Positions 24,465 to 36,458 of a stretch of 64,000 nt of DNA are shown here, piece by piece (positions within the stretch are counted from its first letter, which is position 1; each line of letters starts with the position of its first letter). The notes beneath the pieces are model-generated. The model saw nothing but the letters and a program-made list of their open reading frames with translations. It was not told the DNA's origin and ran no database searches. Source of the DNA: Mobula birostris. Its lineage: Eukaryota. Location of the stretch: contig NC_092380.1 in assembly GCF_030028105.1 (NCBI RefSeq), positions 1,582,088-1,646,087 on the forward strand. The letters run 5' to 3'. The position numbers were made by a program, and so were the translations under genes.

Positions 24465-25119
24465 CTGGAGAAAGAATAGGAAGACATATATGTTCAACTC
24501 TGAATTGGCACTGTCTTATCCTACTCAACTACTGTTTGTTAGGATGCATTAAACAGCTTGTCGCCATCCACTGTATTTCATTATCCCACGCTCCGAAGGA
24601 AAAAAAATACTTGGATACACATTGGGTTTCATTCAGGTGCTGGCATTACGGTGCTTTACAAACAGGGCAGAGCCCCAGCTATGCCTCTGGCAAAACATCC
24701 CCTCAACGTGCCGAAAGTAAGTATTACAGTGGGTTATGCACAGTCTCCTGTCATTCTCTATTTTGTACAAGGCATGTCCGTGACAGAGCCTTATCGTAAC
24801 TCTTTCTTCCCATTTCGCTCTAGACAGCGCACACTGATAAGCACGCATAAAGCGTATGTAAGCGTTCGGCATAGGACAGCCTCGACATGGACTGACAACT
24901 GCCAGCTGGACCGTGTCCTCCGACAGCACAGGCGGGTACTACCCCTGGCCTGCATTGTTACATAATCTGTACCCTGAAGTTACTTAACTCAGATTTTAAA
25001 AATTAAAATGTAAAATTTATGGACAGCGCCAATTGCAAGTGTTCTTCAAACGCCGAGCTGAATCTGAGATCTTTTCCCTTGCGTGGCCCAAACAACATCG
25101 AAAACAAACCACCAAATGC

Positions 25120-25425
25120 TTAAAACCCGACGGCATGCATTTAAGGTGAGAGGGGCAATTTCAAAGGCGACGTCGGGGCAAGCCTCTTACATAGAGACTG
25201 GTGGGTGCTTGGAACGCGCTGCCTGGGGCGGTAGAGGCAGATACGTTAGAGAATTTTAAGAGACGTTTAGATAGGCCCATTAAAGTGAAGAAAATTTAAA
25301 AATAATGACATTGTATTGGCAGAGGGAATTAGTTTGGTTGGCCATTTGATGACTACTTTAATTGGCTCGGCATAATATTGTGGGCCGAAGGGCCTGTGCC
25401 CGTGTTGTACTCTTCCGTTCTGGAT
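25120..25425 (+). mobile_element. CR1 3' fragment in IRG intron
   Basis: tttaaggtgagagggg...ggaacgcgctgcc...tgggccgaagggcctgt. Confidence 0.7.
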
Positions 25426-25839
25426 GTTCCAACACAAGCCCACCTCAGTTGCCAATAAGCTCACGATCATGCTTTCTTTAACTACATCTTCATTATGCGA
25501 ACATCTTACACAACTTGTATGCCTTTTGTCACGAAAGAGAGACGGTACGAATTGATAGAATCATCCTTGAAAATAATACTTGTGTTATTACTAGAATATT
25601 CCAAAGAGGAAGTTTATGAGGGGAATGCAGTTCAGTTAGCAACGCAACTTCTAGAAAAGTGTTTACAAAAACAGAGGGAATGTCAGAGAATGTCAAGCAG
25701 CCACCATTGAAACATTGGAGTCGGACTGACCGTGGATAAAGTATGGTCCTCATGGTTGAGAAAGCTATGGGTGACAGTGGACATTTCTATAATTGACTGG
25801 AGGTTTGGACAACTGCTGATTTCACAATGTCCCGTTGAA

Positions 25840-26105
25840 GTTAAGCGCTAATGTCCGGTGCGCCACAGTTCAATTCCAGCGTAAGCAAGGTCGTGGGTCC
25901 CTTCCATGTGCGCACTGGTCATCTTCGAGTGCGTCGTTTTCCAAAGACATATCGGTTAGTAGGTTAATGGGTTATTCTAAATTGTCCTGTGATTATGCTG
26001 GGGTTAAAATGTGGGTTGCTGAGCGGCGCGGCTCGTTAGGCAAGGAGAGCCCATTCGGCGCCATATGTCCAAAGAGAAATGAAATTAAAATAAAATAAAT
26101 AAACG
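25840..26105 (+). mobile_element. Degenerate V-SINE-like element
   Basis: tccaaagac...ggttagtaggttaat..aaattgtcctgtgatt core and (aaat)n tail; similar to 40980-41275. Confidence 0.55.
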
Positions 26106-26454
26106 TGTTGGGTTATTAGGCAGCGCCGAACTTCGATACGCCCGGTATAATCAAACGGCAGCCAGCTGGATCATGTCCTTCTGCAGCACACGATGTTGTG
26201 TCTGCCCTGCATGTGCATCCTGCAATTCACCTGTCTCTGACTGAGAGTGGTTCAAACAGGTAACCCTGAACTTCTCTTACATAAGGAGGTCATGCAGGAC
26301 TTGGCCGCGTGGCTTCCTCGTGCGAGGAAATACCTGAAGGAGTCGACACTAACGTGTAACGCGGCGAAAGTTATTCGCTATAAAGACATCTGAAGTCCAT
26401 AAATAAATACAAAAGAAAGTGACCTAATTTTAGATTGAGGAATATATTTCTTAC

Positions 26455-26467
26455 CATTCAGTGACAT
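26455..26467 (-). CDS. Candidate coding part of IRG exon 1 (MSLN-V)
   Basis: ATG TCA CTG AAT G|GTAAGA splices in frame to |TT AGA AAT CCT AGA ATG, giving 401 aa. Confidence 0.6.
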
Positions 26468-26564
26468 GAAGCCTTGCCTGCTCTGGGAATCGTTTAATGC
26501 TTTGCAGAGATGGAAGCACTGCGAAAATCAGTTGTTTTGTTTTGAACTTTGCTTCAATCCCTGT

Positions 26565-26615
26565 GAAACAGAAAATGAATGAGACGGCTGCAACTTCACT
26601 CTCACATTATAAATA
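26565..26615 (-). promoter_or_regulatory. ISRE-like element and TATA-like box at IRG 5' end
   Basis: GAAACAGAAA at 26565-26574 fits GAAANNGAAA; TATTTATAA on minus strand near 26607-26615. Confidence 0.45.
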
Positions 26616-28034
26616 CGAATACCCACTTTATATTGAACGTTGCCTCGCAGGAGTGAATAATTGACTGTCCTAGTTAACAATTAGTTACTTGCATGGATAT
26701 TATCAATATTGCCCAACACACATTTAAACTATAATAGTCCCGTTGGATTTTGATTTACACATGATACATAAGCAGATATACCGGACTGTCGTGCGTGTCT
26801 GAGAATAACAAGAAGAACAAAGTGCATTATATTCCCAATAAAAATCAGATGCCGCGTTTCTCCGGTCCTTTCCTGTGTAACCACGGCCTGTCGCCATCTG
26901 CCGTTCATTGCCCTGTCTGACGGGTAGTGCCAGTGCACAAGAGGCAGTACAATTCATTCTTTATGAACACCTGTAAAGGGGGCAAGATATACGACATAGC
27001 ACACTCCTTTTGTGGTGTAGTTTAACACTGTTTTCGGCAAATGATGCACGAAAACGTTACGGGCATCAGGGAGCAGGAGCTGGATTGGTCACCCCTCCGC
27101 TGCATTACCCTAAGAACTCCAGCCCCTTCCAAAGCGCGTTACCACAGCACAGTTTTCAATTCACACAAAATATACGGATAATTCAGCATCTTTCAGCAGC
27201 ATTTCCATTGTAAGAATGTCAATGGCAGATACATAGTCAATCGCTGAAATACCTGAACAAACTGTTAGCCAATTTTCCTCTGTTGTCTGAGTCCAAATCT
27301 TGGAACTCCATATCCTAGTGAGGCCCTCCGAAAAAAAACAGCCTTTTTTCCCGTCATTTCTCACTAGAAACGGTTCGGCCGGGGTTAGTAGTTAAGCCAC
27401 ACGTGAAGGCTAGGAGTTGGACTTGGTTATCAGAGGCTGTTTGAGACGCACGCCATTAGGAGCGTTTAATAGACAGTGGGAGCTTATCCCCTCGAGCCAC
27501 CCACGGCCCCCAGCCACGGCTATGACAACCTTAAGAAATTTCCATATCCAAAGATACAGCAGATTGGGCTCCAAAACGAGTAATCAATCGTTGTTCAATA
27601 CTTAACAGGAACATCTGACATGAATGCAACCACGACGCTTGGTCATCCGACTAAAGCTTTGGCTGAATTGTAAAATCCTACTTAAATGTCCCGCCTGTTG
27701 TTCGAAATAAAAATTGAAAGACTACAGGTATGCTGTATTGATTTTCGTGGATTTGACGAGATTCTGCTCAATATATTACTGTATTTGCCAAGAGAACGTG
27801 GCCCAAACCAGTTTCTAAATATAGAATTGTGGAAAAGATTTAATTACATTCCGCATGAAATAAATTATTTTGTAATCCAGAGAGCCGCGCATCACGGCAT
27901 TGAATATTTATATGCATGAAGGTGAATAGATACATAAAATAGACAAAGCTTCAAAACGTTTGATTGATGTTATTATTCCAACGTGTGTCAAACAATGTGG
28001 ATGTTATCGGCGGACCACTGAATGCACAATATAT

Positions 28035-29060
28035 TAGATTAGAATAGATTCAACTTTATTGTCATTGTGCCGAGTACAGATACAAAGCCAATGAAATGCA
28101 TTTAGCATCTGACCAGAAATGCAAAGAATAGTGTTATTTACAAAATAACTGCGAATAAAAAGTAAGTGCTACAGCACACAAGTATAAAAGTACTGAAACA
28201 GTACAATGTGGGTGCAATACTGCTTGGCGCTGTGATGTGAGGTTCAGCAGTGTCACAGCCTCAGGGAAGAAGCTCTTCCTGTGCCTGCTGGTGCGGGAGC
28301 GGAGGCTCCTGTAGCGCCTACTGGATGGGAGGAGAGTAAAAAGCCCATGGTTAGGGTGAGATGCATCCTTGATAATGCTTTTCGCCCTGCCCAGGCAGCG
28401 TTTACGGTACATGTTCTCGATGGTGGGCAATTCGGTGCCGATAATCCGCTGGGCAGTTTTCACCATACGCTGGAGTGCTCTGCGGTCCAATACGGGACAA
28501 TTGCCATACCACACTGAGATGCAGTTGGTGAGTATGCTCTCAATGGTATAGCGGTAAAAGTCCGTCAGTATCCTGGGACAGAGGTGAGCTTTCTTCATGC
28601 TCCGCTGGAAATAAAGGCGCTGTTGCGCCTTTTTGATCAGGATGGAGGAGTTCAGGGACCAGGTGAAGTCCTTGGAAATGTGGACACCAAGGAATTTGAA
28701 ACTTGATACACGCTCCGCTACAGCTCCGTTGATGTAGGTGGGGACATGACTGTGATTCCTAGCATGCCTGAAGTCCACAATGATCTCCTGGGTCTTCTGG
28801 GTGTTAAAGGCCAGGTTGTTGTTAGCACACCACGCGACCAGGTGCTGGACCTCGTCCCTGTAGGCCGTCTCGTCATCCCCTCTGATCAGGCCAACCACCG
28901 TGGTGTCGTCTGCGAACTTGATTACGGAATTAGAACCATGTACAGGAAAGCAGTCATGGGTGAAAAGGGAGTACAGAAGAGGGCTCAGCACACAGCCTTG
29001 AGGCTCGCCGGTGCTCAGGGTGAGATTGGAGGAGAACAGGTTCTATATACAACAGAACTG
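28035..29060 (-). mobile_element. 5'-truncated Rex1/Babar LINE (RT C-terminal part, open frame)
   Basis: LSPLLYSLFTHDC..IKFADDTTVVGLI..KTQEIIVDFR..KKAQQRLYF..HPNHGLFTLLPS; (aatct)n tail. Confidence 0.9.
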
Positions 29061-29315
29061 ACATTAAGTAGAGCGGGAACCTATAGCACGCAGCTAAGGT
29101 GCCAGGGCCAGGGCAAGTTACCTGCCTCGGCGGCTCTAATATTGTAGAGCACGAGGAGTACCTGCAAATGCTGGAGAATGGCATCCCGCTCGTTTATAAA
29201 CTCGACTTGGAAGTACTTCGCCGGTCCTTCATCGTCGCTGGGTCTAAGGCGTAATCCCCAGGCCAGATGATTGAATAAGTAAACACAACTGCTGAACGGG
29301 TACATTTAATTAGAG

Positions 29316-29965
29316 CCATAGAAACCACAGAAACCATAGAAACTACAGCACAGAAACAGGCTTTTTGGCCTTTCTTAGCTGTGCCGATCCATTTTCTGCC
29401 TAGTCCCACTGACCTGCACACGGACCATGTCCCTCCATACACCTCCCATCCATGTATCTGTCCAATTTATTCTTAAATGTTAAAAAAGAACCCGCATTTA
29501 CCACCTCGTCTGGCAGCTCATTCCACACTCCCACCACTCTCTGTGTGAAGAAGCCCCCCCCCCAATGTTCGCTTTAAACTTTCCCCCCCTCAATCTCAAT
29601 CCATGTCCTCTGGTTTTTTTCTCCCCCTTGCCTCAGTGGAAAAAGCCTGCTTGCATTCACTCTATCTATACCCATCATAATTTTATATACCTCTAGCAAA
29701 TCTCCACTCATTCTTCTACGCTCCAGGGAATAAAGTCCTAACCTATTCAACCTTTCCCTGTAACTGAGTTTCTCAAGTCCTGGCAACATCCTTGTAAACT
29801 TTCTCTGCACTCTTTCAACCTTACTAATATCCTTCCTGTAATTTGGTGACCAAAACTGAACACAATACTCCAGATTCGGCCTCACCAATGCCTTATACAA
29901 TCTCATCATAACATTCCAGCTCTTATACTCAATACTTTGATTAGTAAAGGCCAATGTACCAAAAG
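29316..29965 (-). mobile_element. CR1 3' fragment with (ggtttctat)n tail
   Basis: LYKALVRPNLEYCVQFWSP; duplicated at 35805-36458. Confidence 0.88.
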
Positions 29966-32900
29966 CTACCAAAGTACCAAATTGGAAGGGAAGGGATGGG
30001 AGGTCATAGACTCTCGGAGAGAAGCTCCGGATAATCCTGACATTTCAGTTGCCTGCCAGGTCAGTTCTCAGCAGAGACTTGGCATGGTCGCCTTAGGAGA
30101 AGGAATAACTGTAGAAGTTGTCCACATTTCATCAGCCGCAAGTACCTGTTGATGTCCAAGAGATGAAACAAATCGTGACCTAAGTTTCAACCATGGCTAA
30201 TGTCTTACCAATCAGGAATCTGAAACGGCAGCCGTTCTGGAATTTGGTTTGTTTTATTTTGCCGATCGATCATCTGCGAAAGAATGTGTCTATTTAAAAC
30301 CGCGTTTCCATTTTGCCTCTCTTTCTCTCCCTCTCTGAACGCGCGGAAAGCCACGGCAATTACAGTTAAGTCGTGTTGACTTTCACTATCAAGTTGACAA
30401 TATTTCCACGTTTAACTCATCTGGGTTCTTTGCTTGTTATCTGCAGGTGTGAATGATGAACTATCGGACTGGTTATAGTTAAGCAATGAGCATTGTCCCA
30501 TCAGTAGCGAAGAATGTCGTTGGATTTAGATTTACACTTTTTACATGAACTAGAGTATTCGCTTCTTTCTAAGTGTGGCACGAGGACAATATATCCTGGC
30601 CCAGATGAGACTCAAGTGCCGAGTGTCCTCGCTACGATTCCCAAACCCACCTGTCGAAGAATGAAAAACTCGTTTGATGGACTTCAGTTAGTTGTTTCGG
30701 ACAGGGGTACCTGAGCGCCGGGTGCAATGCATGAGTTGCCCTTTCTGCGACACGGTGTTGAGCTACATCGGGTGAAATTTTCACTTGTTCGTTGCGTTTA
30801 GGCGCCACAGTGCGAGCGACTGACTCGTCCACGCGAAACAGGTGTAACGTGGTTCTACATACACAACTCTTTCATGTTCAGGGCCCGGGTGTCAACGTGT
30901 TAGAAACACTGTCCTTTCCAGCTCTCTAATACTGGGAGCGCAATTTAATATTCTACAGTCCGTCCATGTCCTAACCCGATTCAGCAAGAAATGCTGCTCA
31001 GAATCAGAATCACATTTAATTATCAGTGACTCGTATCGTCAAATTTGTTGTTTTCTGCCGCAGTACAGTGCAAAACAGATGTGTTACAAAACGTGGCAAT
31101 GAAGTGAAATAAATAACCATGGCAACGAGGAATAATGAGATAGTGTTCATGATCCACGCACCATTCAGGAACGATGACGACGGGGAAGAAACTGTTCCTA
31201 AAACGATGAGTGTTCGTCTTCAGGCTGCTGTACCTCCTCCCCGATGGTACTAATGAAAAGCCTTCATGGCGTTGATTTCTTTATGATACATACCGCCTTC
31301 TCGAGGCACCACCTTTTGAAGATTCTTTTACAAACAAAGGAGACATGCTACACTGCTGAGTGATATAAGACTACTTTATTAGACTTATAAAAGCTGCACG
31401 TTAACCACTTCAATAAAATTCAGAGGAATAAATAATTATCAGCTAATCGGATACAACGCCGAAGCAGAATTCCAAGTGCCCAGCAGCTTGCTCCAACAGT
31501 CTCGCTGCTCTCTGCCAGTCTGTCCCTTAAGCGGGGGTCTCGACCTTGCTCCGCCTTACACAAAGGAATAGCCTTTTATACCTTTCAACCCCTCATTCCT
31601 TTCGTTTTTTTATCTCCCGTAGTATTCCAGCTAAGCACATGCCTTAAACAGTTTCACTATTTTCGCACTACTAATTTAGTTATTATTGTAATTTACAGTG
31701 TATGTTATGTTATGCGCTTTTATTATACCTCAGAAAACAAACTTCAGATAAACTGTATATCAGGGAAAATAAATCTGATTATGTGTTCTGATTCTGAACA
31801 TGCTTTACAGTTATTTACCCACGGTGAGCCTGATATTTACCTTCATCTAATCTCAAAGCTATGCATTCCCGTAACTGCTCAACGGATTACCAAATATCAC
31901 TTCGTAAATCTTTTTATTTTGTTTGCTTTTTGCTCAATGATCAAAGATCAAGGAGGGAATTTATTACCTAATACACTTACAAGTTTGCTCAGGTGCGTTG
32001 GTCGGGTCACGACATACGACAAAAAAAGCATTAAGTAGTTATGAAGAATAAGGGATTATATTAAAATAATTTCAGAAGATGAAATACAGATTAGATTAGA
32101 TTAGATTATGAGGACACTCAATCCTCGTTTATTTTCATTTAGAAATGCATGCATTAAAAATGATACAATGTTCCTCCAGAGTGATATCACAAGAAAAACA
32201 GGACAAACCAAGACAAAAACTGACAAAACCACGTAATTATAACATATAGTTACAACAGTTCAAAGCAATACCTTAATTTGATAAAGAGCAGACCATGGGC
32301 ACGGTAAAAAAAAAAGTCTCCAAGTTCCGATCGACTCATCATCTAACGCAGGCGGCAGAAGGGAGAAACTCTCCCTGCCATGAACCTCCAAGCGCCGACA
32401 ACTTGCCGATGCAGCACCACTGGAAGCACCTGACTGCAGCCGACTCTGATATGGAATAAACCAGAATGGCACATACTGGAAATACCAGAATGCAATATTA
32501 CAGAGTTTTACACATTTTCCCATATGACAAGGAGGAATCTGATATGTATTCTTGAAAGTTTAGTTCTTTCTTTATAGGTTACCAGCACGAGACCGATGCT
32601 CTGGTCCTCCCAACTGTGTTCTCGTCCATTAAGTACGTCGACTTTTCACAGACTACATCCCATTTACATGTCAGGCCTGCTCCCGCTGATGCCTCTCAGC
32701 CTACACATGCAAGCACCTCCCACAGTCCTCCCAGCTCATCCGATTCACCAGCCACTTGTCCCAGACTTACAATCTGCAGGCTATTTACCTCAGTTCTCAG
32801 CCACGGTCCTTGTTCACTTTTGAACCAACCAGCCTCTCCCAGTTGCTGCTGGCCTTCACTCTCCTTGCGTAAAGTTTGCCTTCTTACCTGTCGTGTTGTC

Positions 32901-34519
32901 TCCTCTAGCTTGTTACCTATTGCTAAAGTTATCATTCCCCACTGAATCGGCTCTGCGGCTCTGATTTTGGGTCAAGTTTCCATTACATTTCCTGACACTA
33001 CATGCTCAACGTTCCATCCCCCACCACTCTGATCTGCCAGTTGCTTTCAATAAACTTTCTATTTCGTCTGTAGTACAGAGTGCGTTATTTGAATGGTTGT
33101 GCCTCTGACTTGTCCAGTTGCCCCAATATCCCCTGGCACTTGGGAGAATTGGCAGATATTTAAAAAATCTGTTCTGCGGTGATACATGTACAAAGTTATT
33201 TCGCAATAGATACATTCCCGTTGCTTCGAAGAGTACAGTTCCAATAACACATGAGAACCCGGACAAATGGAAACTTCAACCATCTATGCGGTTAACTTCA
33301 TTCACCCTCACTCTGAACTAATTCCACAACCTATGGACTCACTTTCAAGGATTCTACAACGCATGTTCTTACTATTATTCTGTTTTGTACTTTTTAATCT
33401 GCAGGTTGTCTTCTTTTCCACCTTGGTGATTGTCAGTGTATGTTTCTGTGTAGTTTGTCATACGTTATATTGTATTTCTCTGCCCGAATGAGAATGTTTG
33501 CAAGAAGATAACTCCCAAGGTGCTGTTTGGTGACTTACACGTATTCTGCTGATAAATTTATTTTGAACTTTGAACTTTGAACTTCGAAGCTCCGTCTTGC
33601 AGGTTGGTCTCTGGCGCTGTATTTCCAATGGAGATTAAAATATTTACCACAGCTGGAGGAATTTGAAGAACCACATTTTCTATTTCGTAGGTAGATAATT
33701 TTCGCTTCTCACGCACACCCCGGCCGCCTCGCTAAAGCATTTTATAAAAGAAGAGTAAAAATGATACTTCAGAAACAATAGGACCAGATGTGGCACCGGG
33801 ATGGAATTAGGTGAATCGACTCATCGAGTCTTCCATTCAACATTGGCCTCCACTTTCACGTCAGCTCGATCTTCAGCCGACGTATTTAGGCAGACACCTT
33901 CGAATCTCCAGTCGTAAAAAAAGGGGAGTTCAGGATAATAATGAACCGGCACTCCCACCATAATCAATAATGAAACGATCCTTTGACCCGGCACTCCTGT
34001 TCCAGGGCATTATCTCGTTCGACTTCGATTCACAAACATGATACAGCAGACTGGGCTCCAAAACCAGTAATCAATCGTTGTTCAATACTTAACAGGAAAC
34101 ATCTGACATGAATGCAACCACGACGCTTGGTCATCCGACTAAAGCTTTGGCTGAATTGTAAAATCCTACTTAAATGTCCCGCCTGTTGTTCGAAATAAAA
34201 ATTGAAAGACTACAGGTATGCTGTATTGATTTTCGTGGATTTGACGAGATTCTGCTCAATATATTACTGTATTTGCCAAGAGAACGTGGCCCAAACCAGT
34301 TTCTAAATATAGAATTGTGGAAAAGATTTAATTACATTCTGCATGAAAGAAATTATTTTGTAATCCAGAGAGCCGCGCATCACGGCATTGAATATTTATA
34401 TGCATGAAGGTGAATAGATACATAAAATAGACAAAGCTTCAAAACGTTTGATTGATGTTGTTATTCCAACGTGTGTCAAACAATGCGGATGTTATCGGCG
34501 GACCACTGAATGCACAATA

Positions 34520-35548
34520 TATTAGATTAGAATAGATTCAACTGTATTGTCATTGTGCCGAGTACAGATACAAAGCCAATGAAATGTAGTTAGCATCTGA
34601 CCAGAAATGCAAAGAATAGTGTTATTTACAAAATAACTGCGAATAAAAAGTAAGTGCTACAGCACACAAATATAAAAGTACTGAGACAGTACAATACGGA
34701 TGCAATACTGCTTGGCGCTGTGATGTGAGGTTCAGCAGTGTCACAGCCTCAGGGAAGAAGCTCTTCCTGTGCCTGCTGGTGCGGGAGCGGAGGCTCTTGT
34801 AGCGCCTACCGGATGGGAGGAGAGTAAAAAGCCCATGGTTAGGGTGAGATGCATCCTTGATAATGCTTTTCGCCCTGCCCAGGCAGCGTTTACGGTACAT
34901 GTTCTCAATGGTGGGCAATTCGGTGCCGATAATCCGCTGGGCAGTTTTTACCACACGCTGGAGTGCTTTGCACTCCGATATGGGACAATTGCCATACCAC
35001 ACTGAGATGCAGTTGGTGAGTATGCTCTGAATGGTATAGCGGTAAAAGTCCGTCAGTATCCTGGGACAGAGGTGAGCTTTCTTCATGCTCCGCAGGAAAC
35101 AAAGGCACTGTTGCGCCTTTTTGATGAGGATGGAGGAGTTCAGGGACCAGGTGAGGTCCTTGGAAATGTGGACACCAAGGAATTTGAAACTTGATACACG
35201 CTCCACTACAGCTCCATTGATGTAGGTGGGGACATGACTGTGACTCCTAGCATGCCCGAAGTCCACAATGATCTCCTTGGTCTTCTGGGTGTTAAAGGCC
35301 AGGTTGTTGTCGGCACACCACGCGGCCAGGTGCTGGACCTCGTCCCTGTAGGCCGTCTCGTCATCCCCTCTGATCAGGCCAACCACCGTGGTGTTGTCTG
35401 CGAACTTGATTATGGAGTTAGAACCATGTACAGGAACGCAGTCATGGGTGAAAAGGGAGTACAGAAGAGGGCTCAGCACACAGCCTTGAGGCTCGCCGGT
35501 GCTCAGGGTGAGATTGGAGGAGAACAGGTTCTATATACAACAGAACTG
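34520..35548 (-). mobile_element. Duplicate of the Rex1/Babar LINE fragment
   Basis: 285-aa ORF with about 23 differences from copy 1, including FADD to FADN. Confidence 0.9.
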
Positions 35549-35804
35549 ACAGAAAGTAGAGCGGGAACCTATAGCACGCAGCTAAGGTGCCAGGGCCAGG
35601 GCAAGTTACCTGCCTCGGCGGCTCTAATATTGTAGAGCACGAGGAGTACCTGCAAATGCTGGAGAATGGCATCCCGCTCGTTTATAAACTCGACTTGGAA
35701 GTACTTCGCCGGTCCTTCATCGTCGCTGGGTCTAAGGCGTAATCCCCAGGCCAGATGATTGAATAAGTAAACACAACTGCTGAACGGGTACGTTTAATTA
35801 GAGC

Positions 35805-36458
35805 CATAGAAACCACAGAAACCATAGAAACCATAGAAACTACAGAACAGAAACAGGCTTTTTGGCCCTTCTTGGCTGTGCCGATCCATTTTCTGCCTAG
35901 TCCCACTGACCTGCACACGGACCATATCCCTCCATGCACCTCCCATCCATGTATCTGTCCAATTTATTCTTAAATGTTAAAAAAGAACCCGCATTTACCA
36001 CCTCGTCTGGCAGCTCATTCCATACTCCCACCACTCTCTGTGTGAAAAAGCCCCCCAATGTTCCCATTAAATCTCCCCCCCCCCCCAACCTCAATCCATG
36101 TCCTCTGGTTTTTTTCTCCCCTTGCCTCAGAGGAAAAAGCTGCTTGCATTCACTCTATCTATACCCATCATAATTTTATATACCTCTAGCAAATCTCCAC
36201 TCATTCTTCTATGCTCCAGGGAATAAAGTCCTAACCTATTCAACCTTTCCCTGTAACTGAGTTTCTCAAGTCCTGGCAACATCCTTGTAAACCTTCTCTG
36301 CACTCTTTCAACCTTACTAATATCCTTTCTGTAATTTGGTGACCAAAACTGAACACAATACTCCAGATTTGGCCTCACCAATGCCTTATACAACCTCATC
36401 ATAACATTCCAGCTCTTATACTCAATACTTTGATTAGCAAAGGCCAATGTACCAAAAG
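35805..36458 (-). mobile_element. CR1 3' fragment (duplicate)
   Basis: Same peptide and tail as 29316-29965. Confidence 0.88.

Larger units (their letters stand above)
27553..31892 (+). repeat. Local segmental duplication, copy 1 (4.3 kb)
   Basis: Collinear near-identity to 34040-38385; paired ORFs (29937/36430, 30514/37007 identical). Confidence 0.95.

Noticed and set aside
24465-24528. N-terminal extension MSRIRQCQF... of the IRG ORF
   Set aside because: Non-ATG start and spans the pyrimidine tract/acceptor; intronic
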